Below, in pieces: positions 53,501-61,799 of a stretch of 63,307 nt of DNA (position 1 is the stretch's first letter; each line of letters begins with the position of its first letter). The DNA comes from an uncultured Candidatus Saccharibacteria bacterium (GTDB lineage Bacteria > Patescibacteriota > Minisyncoccia > Phycocordibacterales > DATDWN01). The position numbers and the translations under genes are program-made. The stretch is from contig CAYRRP010000004.1 of the NCBI GenBank assembly GCA_964426735.1, positions 25,142-88,448 on the forward strand, given 5' to 3'. The notes under the pieces were generated by a model that made no database searches, was not told where the DNA came from, and saw only the letters and a program-made list of their open reading frames with translations.

Positions 53501-54007
53501 AAAGTGGTATTGCAGGGTACAGGTAGTGGTACTTTCACCTACGTTTCAGAGAAAGTAACACCAGAAGGACAGACTATTTCATCATCATTTACTGATATTC
53601 CTGTAACCACACAAACACAAGGAGAAGTCGTACTCAACACAGTGACACAACTTCCGGAACTCAAGCTTGATGTCACCGGAGATGGCACTACAGATTTTAC
53701 ACTTACTCCTGCTGATAGTTTTGATCCTATTGTATTTCTTCAGGTAATGAAAAAAACAATTGAATCATTTGACATTAAACAATCTCGAAAAACTACACTC
53801 ACAAAACGAATTGATGGTATTATTAAATCAATACAAAAAGGAAAGATATCAAAAGCGCAACTCAAAGCAGAGCGTTTTCAAGAAGTTTTGGTACGAAAGA
53901 CTCATAAGCCAATACCTAAAAAACCAAAACCGCAAAAACTTTCAAATGCAGATGCTGAAGTGTTGATTGAGATGCTTGAGAAATTATTAAGTAATTTAGA
54001 GAAATAA
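50549..54007 (+). CDS. Giant membrane-anchored/secreted protein with an LCAT-like alpha/beta-hydrolase (lipase/acyltransferase) domain
   Basis: N-terminal TM anchor. Mid-protein motifs VLFLPGLEASRLY, AYAYDWRQN (the PYDWR-type motif of the LCAT/PDAT family) and the nucleophile elbow IIAHSNGG. Confidence 0.65.
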   Translation: MTQADSDFHSLLKRSFAYILFVSTVALFGAIFIINPKQVSAEITVPLYTVDYKPQVLFGDNALVDGYQGLENYRAQYTNGYLHITFTTTHGYGGYASYAPFLYIRSDNPTVNPFTTHLYQGLIQNVNMNAGLPTDVYFVDIQFNADGYREVVTRGTNREFVSDDTVLISGMNKETFIALANHYPSFGSQYSMSFEPMRLVENRPSHIDFFEVSTTTRKVSVRNFIAVDDVGVNMHFIVSDASGGVVYTGETVQATTTGDFYYTWNYPQVTNQDTTKASNFVFYSDITKDGLILKYVSATTSLASSIDGYPGYYNFIADGSEQIQSSYNSVIQTLGTGLSGRLTQIDVQTSNGGYIYYGSRPGVTVYECVDDTYANFVLQSVGDCVSVFFGYSEEVSKGTQSIQSIYVDEEVILDPKKYYFFNTSGHNQLNTIPAYYGSVADVVDGACYQKISSRAAPCQEVSDLFFYLRGVSKSVQPTITGYSNVLFLPGLEASRLYTEKSVLGLTYEDQLWEPNKKTDVEDLYLNADGTSKLSGVYTRDAISETNVIPGALGSNIYKTLFSTLDSLTDTNLPADKRMARWEAYAYDWRQNINDIVHNGTPYKDGNKSLITTLENLIASSTTGKVTIIAHSNGGLLAKALLVRLEEMKQIGMNNLIDHIDTVVLVASPQIGTAVAVPAVLHGYDQRIAWGALLNEEHARELGRNMHGAYGLLPSKEYIEHINISPVVFKDNTIPSGITTDFVSVYGSTTDTYSEYRSFLLGEEGRNNPVVSATKSPIKLSSVLLEKAEELHTDIDQWVAPAHIRMIEVAGWGLDTVAAFEYYPKRTGCVSTSVGCANPYILDQKPIFTVDGDKTVVEPSALYMGGEKYWVDFQEYNSLDKVNREHKDILEVDQLNGFLKSVISKTDIVFDSVLKNTQPTDTKNRLRISVHSPVSIGSYDSLGNFTGKVCSDTEDFCRIQEDIPNSSYLEFGEGKYINLPEENIQKVVLQGTGSGTFTYVSEKVTPEGQTISSSFTDIPVTTQTQGEVVLNTVTQLPELKLDVTGDGTTDFTLTPADSFDPIVFLQVMKKTIESFDIKQSRKTTLTKRIDGIIKSIQKGKISKAQLKAERFQEVLVRKTHKPIPKKPKPQKLSNADAEVLIEMLEKLLSNLEK

Positions 54008-54008
54008 A

Positions 54009-54377
54009 ATGAAGAAAATTGTGAGTATTTCATCCTTAATATTATCACTCGTAATATTTTTTGGACTGTATGATTATGTGAAAGTATCCTTTAGTTATCA
54101 GATGGCACAGAATGTTGGGTATATTTTTTACTGGAGTGCAGTTATGTTTCTAATAAGTTTGTTAGCTATTTTTCTTGAAGATAAAAAATACAAAGCGTGG
54201 CTATATCTAAGTGGTGTGTATATGGTATTCTCATTATTTATTGCTTTTAAGGTTGGTGATGGAAACGGAATGATTTTGAGTTTTGATGGTAAGTCACTCA
54301 CGTGGTTTTTTGCTGGACTCTACTCGGTTATCTCGATAATCTATTTTATCGTTCAGTTTGTAAAAAATCGGAGATAA
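54009..54377 (+). CDS. Small 4-TM membrane protein
   Basis: Hydrophobic ORF starting 1 nt after the upstream stop. Confidence 0.6.
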   Translation: MKKIVSISSLILSLVIFFGLYDYVKVSFSYQMAQNVGYIFYWSAVMFLISLLAIFLEDKKYKAWLYLSGVYMVFSLFIAFKVGDGNGMILSFDGKSLTWFFAGLYSVISIIYFIVQFVKNRR

Positions 54378-54392
54378 TCATATTATTAACCC

Positions 54393-54551
54393 ATGAAAGA
54401 ATACGTCGATGAAAAGTTTTGGAGAATGTTTAGCGGATTTATTACCTTGATAGCGGTAAGTCTAATCCTTTTAATTGTGATTAAAGTATATAAAACTAAA
54501 GTAATCTCAGTCGATAGTACTCAGGCTGCAGTTATAATGAGTGAACAATAA
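54393..54551 (+). CDS. Possible 52-aa single-TM peptide (not in the ORF track)
   Basis: MKEYVDEKFWRMFSGFITLIAVSLILLIVIKVYK.., followed by an intrinsic terminator at 54550-54573. Confidence 0.35.
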   Translation: MKEYVDEKFWRMFSGFITLIAVSLILLIVIKVYKTKVISVDSTQAAVIMSEQ

Positions 54552-54587
54552 ACCCTTTGCGGGTTTTTGTTTTAATTACAGAAATAT

Positions 54588-55883
54588 ATGAAAAAGATTA
54601 TTGTGTTGATTGGTATATATCTTTTATATACACACGGTGTTTATGCGGAAGTGAGTCAGTTTGTTTTTACTAATGAACAAAGGAGTGTTGCTCCTGGAGT
54701 AATCTCTGAGTCGCTTACAGTACAATCTCAAAATAGTGGAAGTGCGCAAGAGTCTATAGCGGAGACAACAGATCTGGTATTTCAGAGTAGTTCTCCTACA
54801 GGAGAGTTTCTTAATTCATCAGGGAATCCAGTATCAACAACTATGTCTAAAAATACAGCAAATAGAACTTTTTATTACAGAGATAGTACTACAGGAAACC
54901 ATACTCTCACTGTGACCGCTACTGGAAGGGATACTGCAAAAGTGTTTAAAGCGACGCAGATGATTGTGGTGGGAAATAGTCAGTCTGCAATTGATCAAAA
55001 TCAGAATAATTCCACAACCACCTCGACAAGTGGTACGACAAGCTCATCCGGAGATTCTTTGTCGTCTCATTCAAATCCATCTCCAGCATCTGACTCAAAA
55101 ACTGTGATGAATTTTGAAGTGTCAGCGGGAAGGAAAAGGTTTACATCTATTGCAAGTGAAGTTGTATTTAAAGCTGAGCCATTAAAACTATCTGGTGTTC
55201 CTGAAAACTATATTCAATATACATGGAGTTTTGGTGATGGTACGACTGCAAATGGTCAAGTGGTAAATCATAGGTATAGGTTTGCGGGGGATTATGTGGT
55301 GGTGTTAAATGCAGTATATAGTGACAAATCTGCTGTTTCTCGTACTGATGTTTCTGTTATTAAGCCGATGTTTTCTGTTGGTGTGATTGATGGTGGAGTG
55401 TTAGTAAAAAATAATTCTTCGGGTGAGGTGAATATGGGAGAATGGGTGATAGAAGGTGCACGAAATCGTCTTGAACTACCAAGGGATACTATTATTGAAA
55501 AAGGTAAAAGTATTGTATTTTCGTATACTTCAAGTATTACGGATACAGATACAATAGTACTTAAAGATCCGTTAGGTGGTGTGGTGGCTGAAAGGGTGTT
55601 CGAAGTACAAAAAGAAGAGTTAGAACATGTGATTCCACAACAAATAGCGAATCAAAAAACAGAGCCGATAGTAAAGATTGTATATATCGATAGGCCGATA
55701 ATAAAAAAAGAAGTTTTAGGAGTAACTACTACTCCTGAGAAAAAAGAAGAAGTGGTAGAAAATATTTCATCTGAAAGTCTTGTGGCAAACGTGTACACAG
55801 GTTCAGAGAAAGTCTCCGCACTTGAAAGCTTTCTTTGGATCCCAAAAAAAGGATGGGGGATTTTGGCGGAGTTGTTTCGATAA
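54588..55883 (+). CDS. Secreted PKD-domain protein
   Basis: Signal peptide and the PKD signature YTWSFGDGTTANGQVVNHRYRFAGDYVVVLNAV. Confidence 0.7.
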   Translation: MKKIIVLIGIYLLYTHGVYAEVSQFVFTNEQRSVAPGVISESLTVQSQNSGSAQESIAETTDLVFQSSSPTGEFLNSSGNPVSTTMSKNTANRTFYYRDSTTGNHTLTVTATGRDTAKVFKATQMIVVGNSQSAIDQNQNNSTTTSTSGTTSSSGDSLSSHSNPSPASDSKTVMNFEVSAGRKRFTSIASEVVFKAEPLKLSGVPENYIQYTWSFGDGTTANGQVVNHRYRFAGDYVVVLNAVYSDKSAVSRTDVSVIKPMFSVGVIDGGVLVKNNSSGEVNMGEWVIEGARNRLELPRDTIIEKGKSIVFSYTSSITDTDTIVLKDPLGGVVAERVFEVQKEELEHVIPQQIANQKTEPIVKIVYIDRPIIKKEVLGVTTTPEKKEEVVENISSESLVANVYTGSEKVSALESFLWIPKKGWGILAELFR

Positions 55884-55942
55884 GTAAAAAGGAAAACCCG
55901 CCGAAACGGGGATTCCGTTGGCGGGTGGTTTGTCGGGCAACT

Positions 55943-56260
55943 TTACTTTTTGCAAAGCCTTATGTTTATGTATGCAGCAAGAAAATCTCGATGGGTGTTT
56001 GCTTGACGACTGATCCTACTAAAGATTTCCTGGATAGTTCTGTGGTTGCCAGCAGGTATGGTGATGCCAAGCTGTTCGCATGCCAACTTGGCGTCGTCAT
56101 AGTTGAATGGAATTTTTTGTGCTTGTTTCAGTAACTTGTCGGCAGCTTGTCCTCTGAGTTTGTCGATAAGCTGTGGTTTGCCTGCGTAATAGCGCAAATT
56201 GACCTCCTCTGTGTTTTTATCAAAAACAGGTAAGTATGTCAATGAAGGGTGTTTGACCAT
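55943..56260 (-). CDS. Hypothetical protein (~105 aa)
   Basis: ORF with an internal ATG at 56260 preferred. No recognisable motif. Appears G+C-richer than its neighbours by eye. Confidence 0.4.
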   Translation of the reverse strand: MVKHPSLTYLPVFDKNTEEVNLRYYAGKPQLIDKLRGQAADKLLKQAQKIPFNYDDAKLACEQLGITIPAGNHRTIQEIFSRISRQANTHRDFLAAYINIRLCKK

Positions 56261-56378
56261 TTTGGACTTTTCGGGTATAGTGGGAGGCAATAAGGTCAGA
56301 GACAGTAGGCATCTATAAGCCCTACCGAGACATCTCATATCTTCTTCAAGAAGAAACCTTATGGTCGGATTATCAATC

Positions 56379-56456
56379 AGTCAAAAGTCTATCAAGTCCA
56401 TCAAGTCTAAAGAAATTTCGACTTTACGGACTTTCAACTTTTCGACTTTAAAGACT
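56379..56456. repeat. AAGTC-rich repeat hairpin in the rplJ leader
   Basis: AGTCAAAAGTCTATCAAGTCCATCAAGTCTAAAG ... CGACTTTACGGACTTTCAACTTTTCGACTTTAAAGAC. The left half matches the metG-flanking repeat. Confidence 0.7.
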
Positions 56457-56461
56457 ATAGT

Positions 56462-56950
56462 ATGGCTGTATCAAAAGATAAAAAGTCAGGTATTTTGGAT
56501 AATCTTAAAAAGATTGTCGCAGGATCGAAGTCTTTGGTGTTTTTGAACTTCAAAGGTCTACCGGTTTCGGAGACAGGTGAGATTCGAAAAACATTGCGAA
56601 ATAGTGGTGTGGGTTATGTTGTAGCAAAGAAAACACTTTCTCGAAAAGTATTGAAAGAAGGTGGGATCACAGGCGACATGCCAGAAATGCCAGGTGAGTT
56701 TGCGATGGTGTATGGAGAAGATGCTCTTGCACCTGCACGCGAAATCTTTGCATTTCAGAAGAAGTTTGATAAGAAAGTACAAATCGTCGGAGGTGTGTTT
56801 GAAGGGAAGTTTATGAATCAGTCAGAGATGACTACGGTTGCAAATATCCCAGGTATGAAGACTCTCCAGGCTCAGTTTGTTAACCTCATCAATTCTCCAA
56901 TTCAACGACTCGTTGTTGGTTTGAATGAGATTGCTAAAAAGAAAGCTTAA
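56462..56950 (+). CDS. rplJ: 50S ribosomal protein L10
   Basis: The N-terminal pattern (..LVFLNFKGLPVSETGEIRKTLR..GVGYVVAKKTL) is followed by rplL. Confidence 0.9.
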   Translation: MAVSKDKKSGILDNLKKIVAGSKSLVFLNFKGLPVSETGEIRKTLRNSGVGYVVAKKTLSRKVLKEGGITGDMPEMPGEFAMVYGEDALAPAREIFAFQKKFDKKVQIVGGVFEGKFMNQSEMTTVANIPGMKTLQAQFVNLINSPIQRLVVGLNEIAKKKA

Positions 56951-56960
56951 TTAAATCACA

Positions 56961-57079
56961 CGCTTTCAGAATTTGAATGAAATCCGAGGCGGGCGAAGAA
57001 AATAATTGGAGGCGTACTTGACTGTACGATGAGAATTATTTTCTGAAGTCTAACGAAGGAGTTCGTCAAATTTGAAAGC
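56961..57079 (-). repeat. Dispersed ~115-nt hairpin repeat, copy F (inverted orientation) between rplJ and rplL
   Basis: The reverse complement reads CTTTCAAATTTGACGAACTCCTTCGT..AATTCTCATCGTACAGTCAAGTACGCCTCC..CGCCTCGGATTTCATTCAAATTCTGAAAG. Confidence 0.85.
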
Positions 57080-57109
57080 TCGTTTATAAAAATCACTAAT
57101 AATATTATT

Positions 57110-57505
57110 ATGGAAGAAACAAAAGTAGTAGAAACTCCTGCGAAGTTCAAATCTATCGTAGAAGCAATTGAAACAATGTCAGTTCTTGACCTTCATGAGT
57201 TGGTAAAACACCTTGAAGAAAAGTTTGGTGTATCAGCGGCAGCGGTAGCTATGGCTCCAGCAGCAGGTGGTGCAGCAGGTGCAGCAGAAGAGAAAACATC
57301 ATTTGATGTAGAACTTACTGATGGTGGTGCTACAAAGATTGCTGTTATCAAAGTTGTAAAAGAAGCTCTTGCACTTGGTTTGAAAGAAGCAAAAGACCTC
57401 GTGGATGGTGCTCCAGCAATGCTTAAAACTGGCATGAAGAAAGAAGATGCAGAAGCTTTGAAAAAAGCTGTTGAAGAAGCGGGAGGAAAGGTTACATTCA
57501 AATAA
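57110..57505 (+). CDS. rplL: 50S ribosomal protein L7/L12
   Basis: Ala/Gly hinge ([18 protein letters not shown]) and C-terminal domain [27 protein letters not shown]. Confidence 0.95.
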   Translation: MEETKVVETPAKFKSIVEAIETMSVLDLHELVKHLEEKFGVSAAAVAMAPAAGGAAGAAEEKTSFDVELTDGGATKIAVIKVVKEALALGLKEAKDLVDGAPAMLKTGMKKEDAEALKKAVEEAGGKVTFK

Positions 57506-57526
57506 TCAAAAATCTATTCAGATTTG

Positions 57527-57560
57527 AAAAAGGACCGCGACATCATGTCGCGGTCCTTTT
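57527..57560. terminator. Bidirectional terminator after rplL
   Basis: AAAAGGACCGCGACA-TCA-TGTCGCGGTCCTTTT. Confidence 0.8.
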
Positions 57561-58073
57561 GATTTTGCCGGTAGCAATGCGATAGATATCCCGCATCACT
57601 TTTCCTGCTTCTTGCAGACATTCCATTTTGGTGAAGGACTGGTCTCGAGCTGGAACAAAGGTCACCTCCCAGTTTTTTGGTGCAAGTGCCCACCAGTACA
57701 TTTTTACCCGGGGCATGTGTCCAAGGTTAGTACAAATGTATACTTGCGGTTGTACCTCTGGATGAAGAGAAGCATGTGATTTGATTTGCAGAATCGCCCC
57801 TTGTATTTCTGCGAGCGTGCCCCAACCAAATGGTGTAGGGATTGGATTGATTGTATTCTGGGAAATGTGAGTGATATACTGCGCCATCTGCTCTGCCATA
57901 CTCACCGTACGATCGCTTCCTGGAGGAGTTCCTGCGACGAGTATCAAATGAAACTCTGTTTGCAGGAGGGACTCGAACCTAATGATTTTAAGTAACGTAT
58001 TACAACGAATCTGAGTACCTCCAGGTTTTTCAGATACAATCCAGTTGTACCCAAGGGGAATGAAATAAAGCAT
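57543..58073 (-). CDS. DUF218 (YdcF/ElyC-like) domain protein
   Basis: LILVAGT..., SMAEQMAQYI and ICTNLGHMPRVKMYW resemble the DUF218 motif order. Confidence 0.5.
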   Translation of the reverse strand: MLYFIPLGYNWIVSEKPGGTQIRCNTLLKIIRFESLLQTEFHLILVAGTPPGSDRTVSMAEQMAQYITHISQNTINPIPTPFGWGTLAEIQGAILQIKSHASLHPEVQPQVYICTNLGHMPRVKMYWWALAPKNWEVTFVPARDQSFTKMECLQEAGKVMRDIYRIATGKIKRTAT

Positions 58074-58156
58074 ACCCCTCCTTTCTGCGAAAAATATATA
58101 ATGTTAAATATATATAGTCAAGTACATTCATGGAAGAAAATTGCTATAATCTTTTC

Positions 58157-58768
58157 ATGGAAATTCTATCGAAATTATTTGGTGGTGAAGCAAAAGTAAA
58201 AATTATGCGATTATTTTTGTTTAATCCTGACACGGTATTTGAAATCGGCAGTATTGCAGATCGTGTAAAAGAGGATCCGGCACGTGTACGAAGAGAGATT
58301 CTTGGGCTTGATAAAATCTCGTTGATTAAGAAAAAGATTGTTGGTAAAGCTGAAGTGAAGCATGGCAAGAAAACAGAAACACGTATCATGTCATATGGAT
58401 ATTATTTAAATCGAAATTTTTCATACCTTTCTCCGCTTCAAAATTTCCTCATTAATGCAAAACCACTCCAGCCAAAAGAGATTGTAAAAAAACTAACACA
58501 GCTTGGTGCGATTAAACTCCTCGTTATTTCAGGTGTGTTTATTCAGGATTCTGAGAGTCGCGTTGATTTGCTTGTGGTTGGAGATAATATTAAAAAATCT
58601 CACTTGGAAAACCTCATGGGTGTATTGGAGGCAGAAATAGGTAAAGAATTAAAATATGCATATTTCACCACCGCTGATTTTACGTACAGACTTTCTATGT
58701 ATGACAAATTGATTCGTGACATTTTAGATTATCCACATGAAAAGATAATCAATAAATTGGGACTCTAG
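58157..58768 (+). CDS. Winged-HTH (ArsR-like) protein with a C-terminal nucleotidyltransferase-like region
   Basis: N-terminal LFGGEAKVKIMRLFLFNP...IADRVKEDPARVRREI. The C-terminal half contains VDLLVVGD. Confidence 0.5.
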   Translation: MEILSKLFGGEAKVKIMRLFLFNPDTVFEIGSIADRVKEDPARVRREILGLDKISLIKKKIVGKAEVKHGKKTETRIMSYGYYLNRNFSYLSPLQNFLINAKPLQPKEIVKKLTQLGAIKLLVISGVFIQDSESRVDLLVVGDNIKKSHLENLMGVLEAEIGKELKYAYFTTADFTYRLSMYDKLIRDILDYPHEKIINKLGL

Positions 58769-58818
58769 TTCCGTGGTAAGATTAATGTATTAGAAGTTAA
58801 TAGTAACTAATACGATAT

Positions 58819-59508
58819 ATGATCTTTCAATCATGGGGAGGGGTACTAGAAAATTCCTTTCAGACTTTGTGGGCGGGTGTTTTATTGTTTATTCCAAACC
58901 TTATCGTCGCGCTTGTTATTCTTGCACTTGGGTGGATGATTGGTGTACTTGTTGGACATGGGATTACAAAATTTTTGGATGTACTTCGATTTGACGAAGC
59001 TCTTAAAAAAACCGGTTTTGAGAATGTGGTAAGACGTGCAGGTCTTGAGCTTCACGCATCTGCATTTGTCGGATGGCTTTTCAAAGCAGCAATTATTATT
59101 ATCTTTTTGATTGCAGCTTTTGATGTGCTTGGTCTTGTGCAGGTCACTCAGTTTTTGAGTCAGGTCGTACTCGGGTATCTTCCACAGCTTATTGTAGCAG
59201 TACTTATTTTGCTTGTTGGAGTGGTGGTTGGAGATGCATTAGAAAAAGTAGTAGTAGCGTCTTCACGAACAGCAGGACTCACTTCATCAGGAATGTTGGG
59301 TAAGGTATCAAAATGGGCAGTATGGATTTTTGCAATTCTCGTAGCTCTTTCTCAGATGGGTATCGCAGGAGCATTTATCCAGACACTCTTTACTGGTCTT
59401 GTGGTAGCGGTATCGCTTGCACTCGGTCTTGCGTTTGGTCTTGGAGGTCAGGAGGCAGCAGCAGATGCTATACGAAAGGTGAGAGAGGAGATCAAGGAAA
59501 AGCGGTAA
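58819..59508 (+). CDS. Conserved TM-helix-repeat membrane protein (MscS-associated TM_helix type)
   Basis: Repeated units of the form LP.LI.A..IL..G...G. Confidence 0.55.
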   Translation: MIFQSWGGVLENSFQTLWAGVLLFIPNLIVALVILALGWMIGVLVGHGITKFLDVLRFDEALKKTGFENVVRRAGLELHASAFVGWLFKAAIIIIFLIAAFDVLGLVQVTQFLSQVVLGYLPQLIVAVLILLVGVVVGDALEKVVVASSRTAGLTSSGMLGKVSKWAVWIFAILVALSQMGIAGAFIQTLFTGLVVAVSLALGLAFGLGGQEAAADAIRKVREEIKEKR

Positions 59509-59608
59509 TAGTATAGATAGTTGGTTATACAAAAAACACCCTAAAAAGGGTGTTTTTTGTACCTTTCTCGTGAGCGATAAAACCCTTTAAAAATCAGTGC
59601 AAAAGTCT

Positions 59609-59637
59609 GTTGACAGGACTTTAAGCTTCGTATATAC
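59609..59637 (+). promoter_or_regulatory. Near-consensus sigma70 promoter for the 23S rRNA gene
   Basis: TTGACA (59609-59614), exactly 17 nt, TATACT (59632-59637). It lies downstream of the terminator at 59531-59558. Confidence 0.65.
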
Positions 59638-60182
59638 TAGCTTCATTCGGTATGAAAAAAACATTGAATCTAAAAAGCGGCGTTTAGGAAACATGCTTAA
59701 TTGAATGTTGCCCAAATTCCGCTCTAAGCGGATTTTTTGTTCCACAGATTGACTCGATATTTGACAACTAAATCCCGCCACTTACTACTGACCAATGATG
59801 GGTCTTTTCGGGTGAGTAGGCGGACCAAATATTTTGTTACCTAAGATCAATAGATGTTAGATAACAGAGTATGAATGTAAAAATATAATTGTGGTTTTTA
59901 AATTTCCTAATGGGAAATTTAAGAGCATATGGTGGATGCCTAGACTCTAAAAGGCGATGAAAGACGCGGCATGGTGGCGATACGTTTCGGGGAGGTACCT
60001 AGCAACCTTTGATCCGGAAATCTCTGAATGGGGGAACCCAACAGCTTTTGCTGTTACTCTGCAAATTATGCAGAGCGCACACCCAGGGAAGTAAAACATT
60101 CCAGTACCTGGAGGAAAAGAAAACAATGTTCGTAAGAACGATATTTCGTTAGTAGCGGCGAGCGAACACGAAAGAGCCCAAA

Positions 60183-60394
60183 CCGATGCATCACAGTGTG
60201 TAAAATATTTTTGTTTTGAATGGTCCGAGTGAGGAATACCTGTTATGAAAAGGGAGAAGGCCATCCCTGTGTAATGACAAAGCTCCTGCAGAGCTGGTGT
60301 TCCTCGCTCGGTCCACGGAAGTTCTTTCTGTGGCCGATTTTAAAATCGGTTTACCATTCAGTACGAAAATATTTTATATAGCGTGATGCATCGG
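60183..60394 (+). other. 23S insertion 1: helix-9 intervening sequence (~188 nt inside a 12-bp stem)
   Basis: CCGATGCATCAC (60183-60194) pairs with GTGATGCATCGG (60383-60394), between the conserved GCCCAAA and GGTTGTAAGG. The interior has nested stems. Confidence 0.8.
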
Positions 60395-60604
60395 GGTTGT
60401 AAGGCAACAACGTCAAATTTATTTGAGAGAAGTCAAAAAATAGTATGTTAATGGAATGCGCTGGAAAGCGCGACCCCAGAGGGTAATAGTCCCGTACATG
60501 AAAATCTACTATCTTCTTTGTTGTTGTTCTTGAGTACCTCGAGACATGAATAGCTCGGGGGAATCTGCCAGTACTAACTGGTAAGGCTAAATACTTTTAG
60601 AGAT

Positions 60605-60643
<39 letters not shown>

Positions 60644-60698
60644 GTCCGAGAGGACGGTGAAATAGACCTGAAACCATATGCTTACAAGGAGTCGGAGC

Positions 60699-60827
60699 GG
60701 GGGCATCACATGGAATGTGATGCAGTTTTTAGTCATTAGTCATAAGTCAACAGTAGATGCAAATGCATTTTACTGATGACTGTTAACTGTGAACTATTGA
60801 CTGCATCGCGCTTCGCGTGATGCTTCC
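60699..60827 (+). other. 23S insertion 2: helix-25 intervening sequence carrying repeat element rIE copy 1
   Basis: Inserted between CAAGGAGTCGGAGC and GTCACGGCGTGCC. The segment 60704-60822 is about 85% identical to 62413-62532. Confidence 0.8.
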
Positions 60828-61467
60828 GTCACGGCGTGCCTATTGAAGAATGAGCCAACGAGTTGATGGATGCAGCAAGGCTAAGCCCTTTACCGGGCGG
60901 AGTCGTAGGGAAACCGAGTGTGAATAGCGCGTTAAGTTGTATGCATCAGACCCGAAGCCAGAGCGAGCTTACCATGAGCAGGGTGAACTTTGTCGAAAGA
61001 TGAAGGGAGGCCCGAACAGTTTAGCCGTGCAATACTATCTGATGACTTGTGGTAAGAAGTGAAAAGCTAATCGAGCCTGGTAATAGCTGGTTCTCTCCGA
61101 AATAGCTTTTGGGCTAGCGTTAGATGATCCCTTCCGGGGTAGAGCACTGGAAGGACTCGACAGGGAGAAATCTCGCGAGTCCTATCAAACTCCGAATACG
61201 GAAGATTACAGTCTAGCAGTTAGACGGCGGGGGCTAAGCTCCGTACGTCAAAAGGGAAACAGCCCTGATCTCTATTTAAGGTCCCTAAATCTATGTTAAG
61301 TACACGTAAGGTGGTGGATTTTCTCAGACACTGAGGAGGTTGGCTTAGAAGCAGCCATCCTTTAAAGAAAGCGTAACAGCTCACTCAGTAAGAGAATCTG
61401 CGCCGCAAATAATCGGGGTTAAACATGGTACCGAAACTGAGGGTTTGTAGACTTCATCAAGAAAAAA

Positions 61468-61579
61468 TTCCAAAATTGGCGAATTTCATCTTTTTGATTT
61501 TTAAAATACTCGTCACCGTACGTCAGTACGGCTTCTCGTATTTTAAAAATCAAAAAGCGAACTTCATCCAATTTTGAAA
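61468..61579 (+). repeat. Dispersed ~115-nt hairpin repeat, copy G, inside the 23S H45 insertion
   Basis: TTCCAAAATTGG-CGAATTTCAT..TCGTCACCGTACGTCAGTACGGCTTCTC..CGAACTTCATCCAATTTTGAAA. Confidence 0.8.
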
Positions 61580-61602
61580 TTTTATAAAATGTTTTTTAAT
61601 GC

Positions 61603-61677
61603 GCATCGGTCGTCTAATGGTTAGGACATCGGACTCTTAATCCGAAAATTGGGGTTCGAGTCCCTGCTGATGCGCCA
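61603..61677 (+). tRNA. tRNA-Lys (anticodon CTT), CCA encoded, nested in the 23S insertion
   Basis: Acceptor GCATCGG/CTGATGC (one G-U pair), U8, 3-bp D stem GTC/GAC, anticodon stem TCGGA/TCCGA with loop CTCTTAA, T arm TGGGG-TTCGAGT-CCCTG, discriminator G, CCA. Confidence 0.8.
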
Positions 61678-61722
61678 CTCCAATTTTTGGAGTGAATGTT
61701 CTTTAATTTGTGTCCAAAATGT

Positions 61723-61799
61723 GGACGTGTAGCTCAGCCTGGTAGAGCGGTGCGCTGAAAACGCATATGTCGGGGGTTCGATTCCCTCCACGTCCACCA
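61723..61799 (+). tRNA. tRNA-Phe (anticodon GAA), CCA encoded, nested in the 23S insertion
   Basis: Acceptor GGACGTG/CACGTCC, D arm TAGCTCAGCCTGGTAGAGC, anticodon loop CTGAAAA, T arm GGGGG-TTCGATT-CCCTC, ACCA. Confidence 0.88.
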
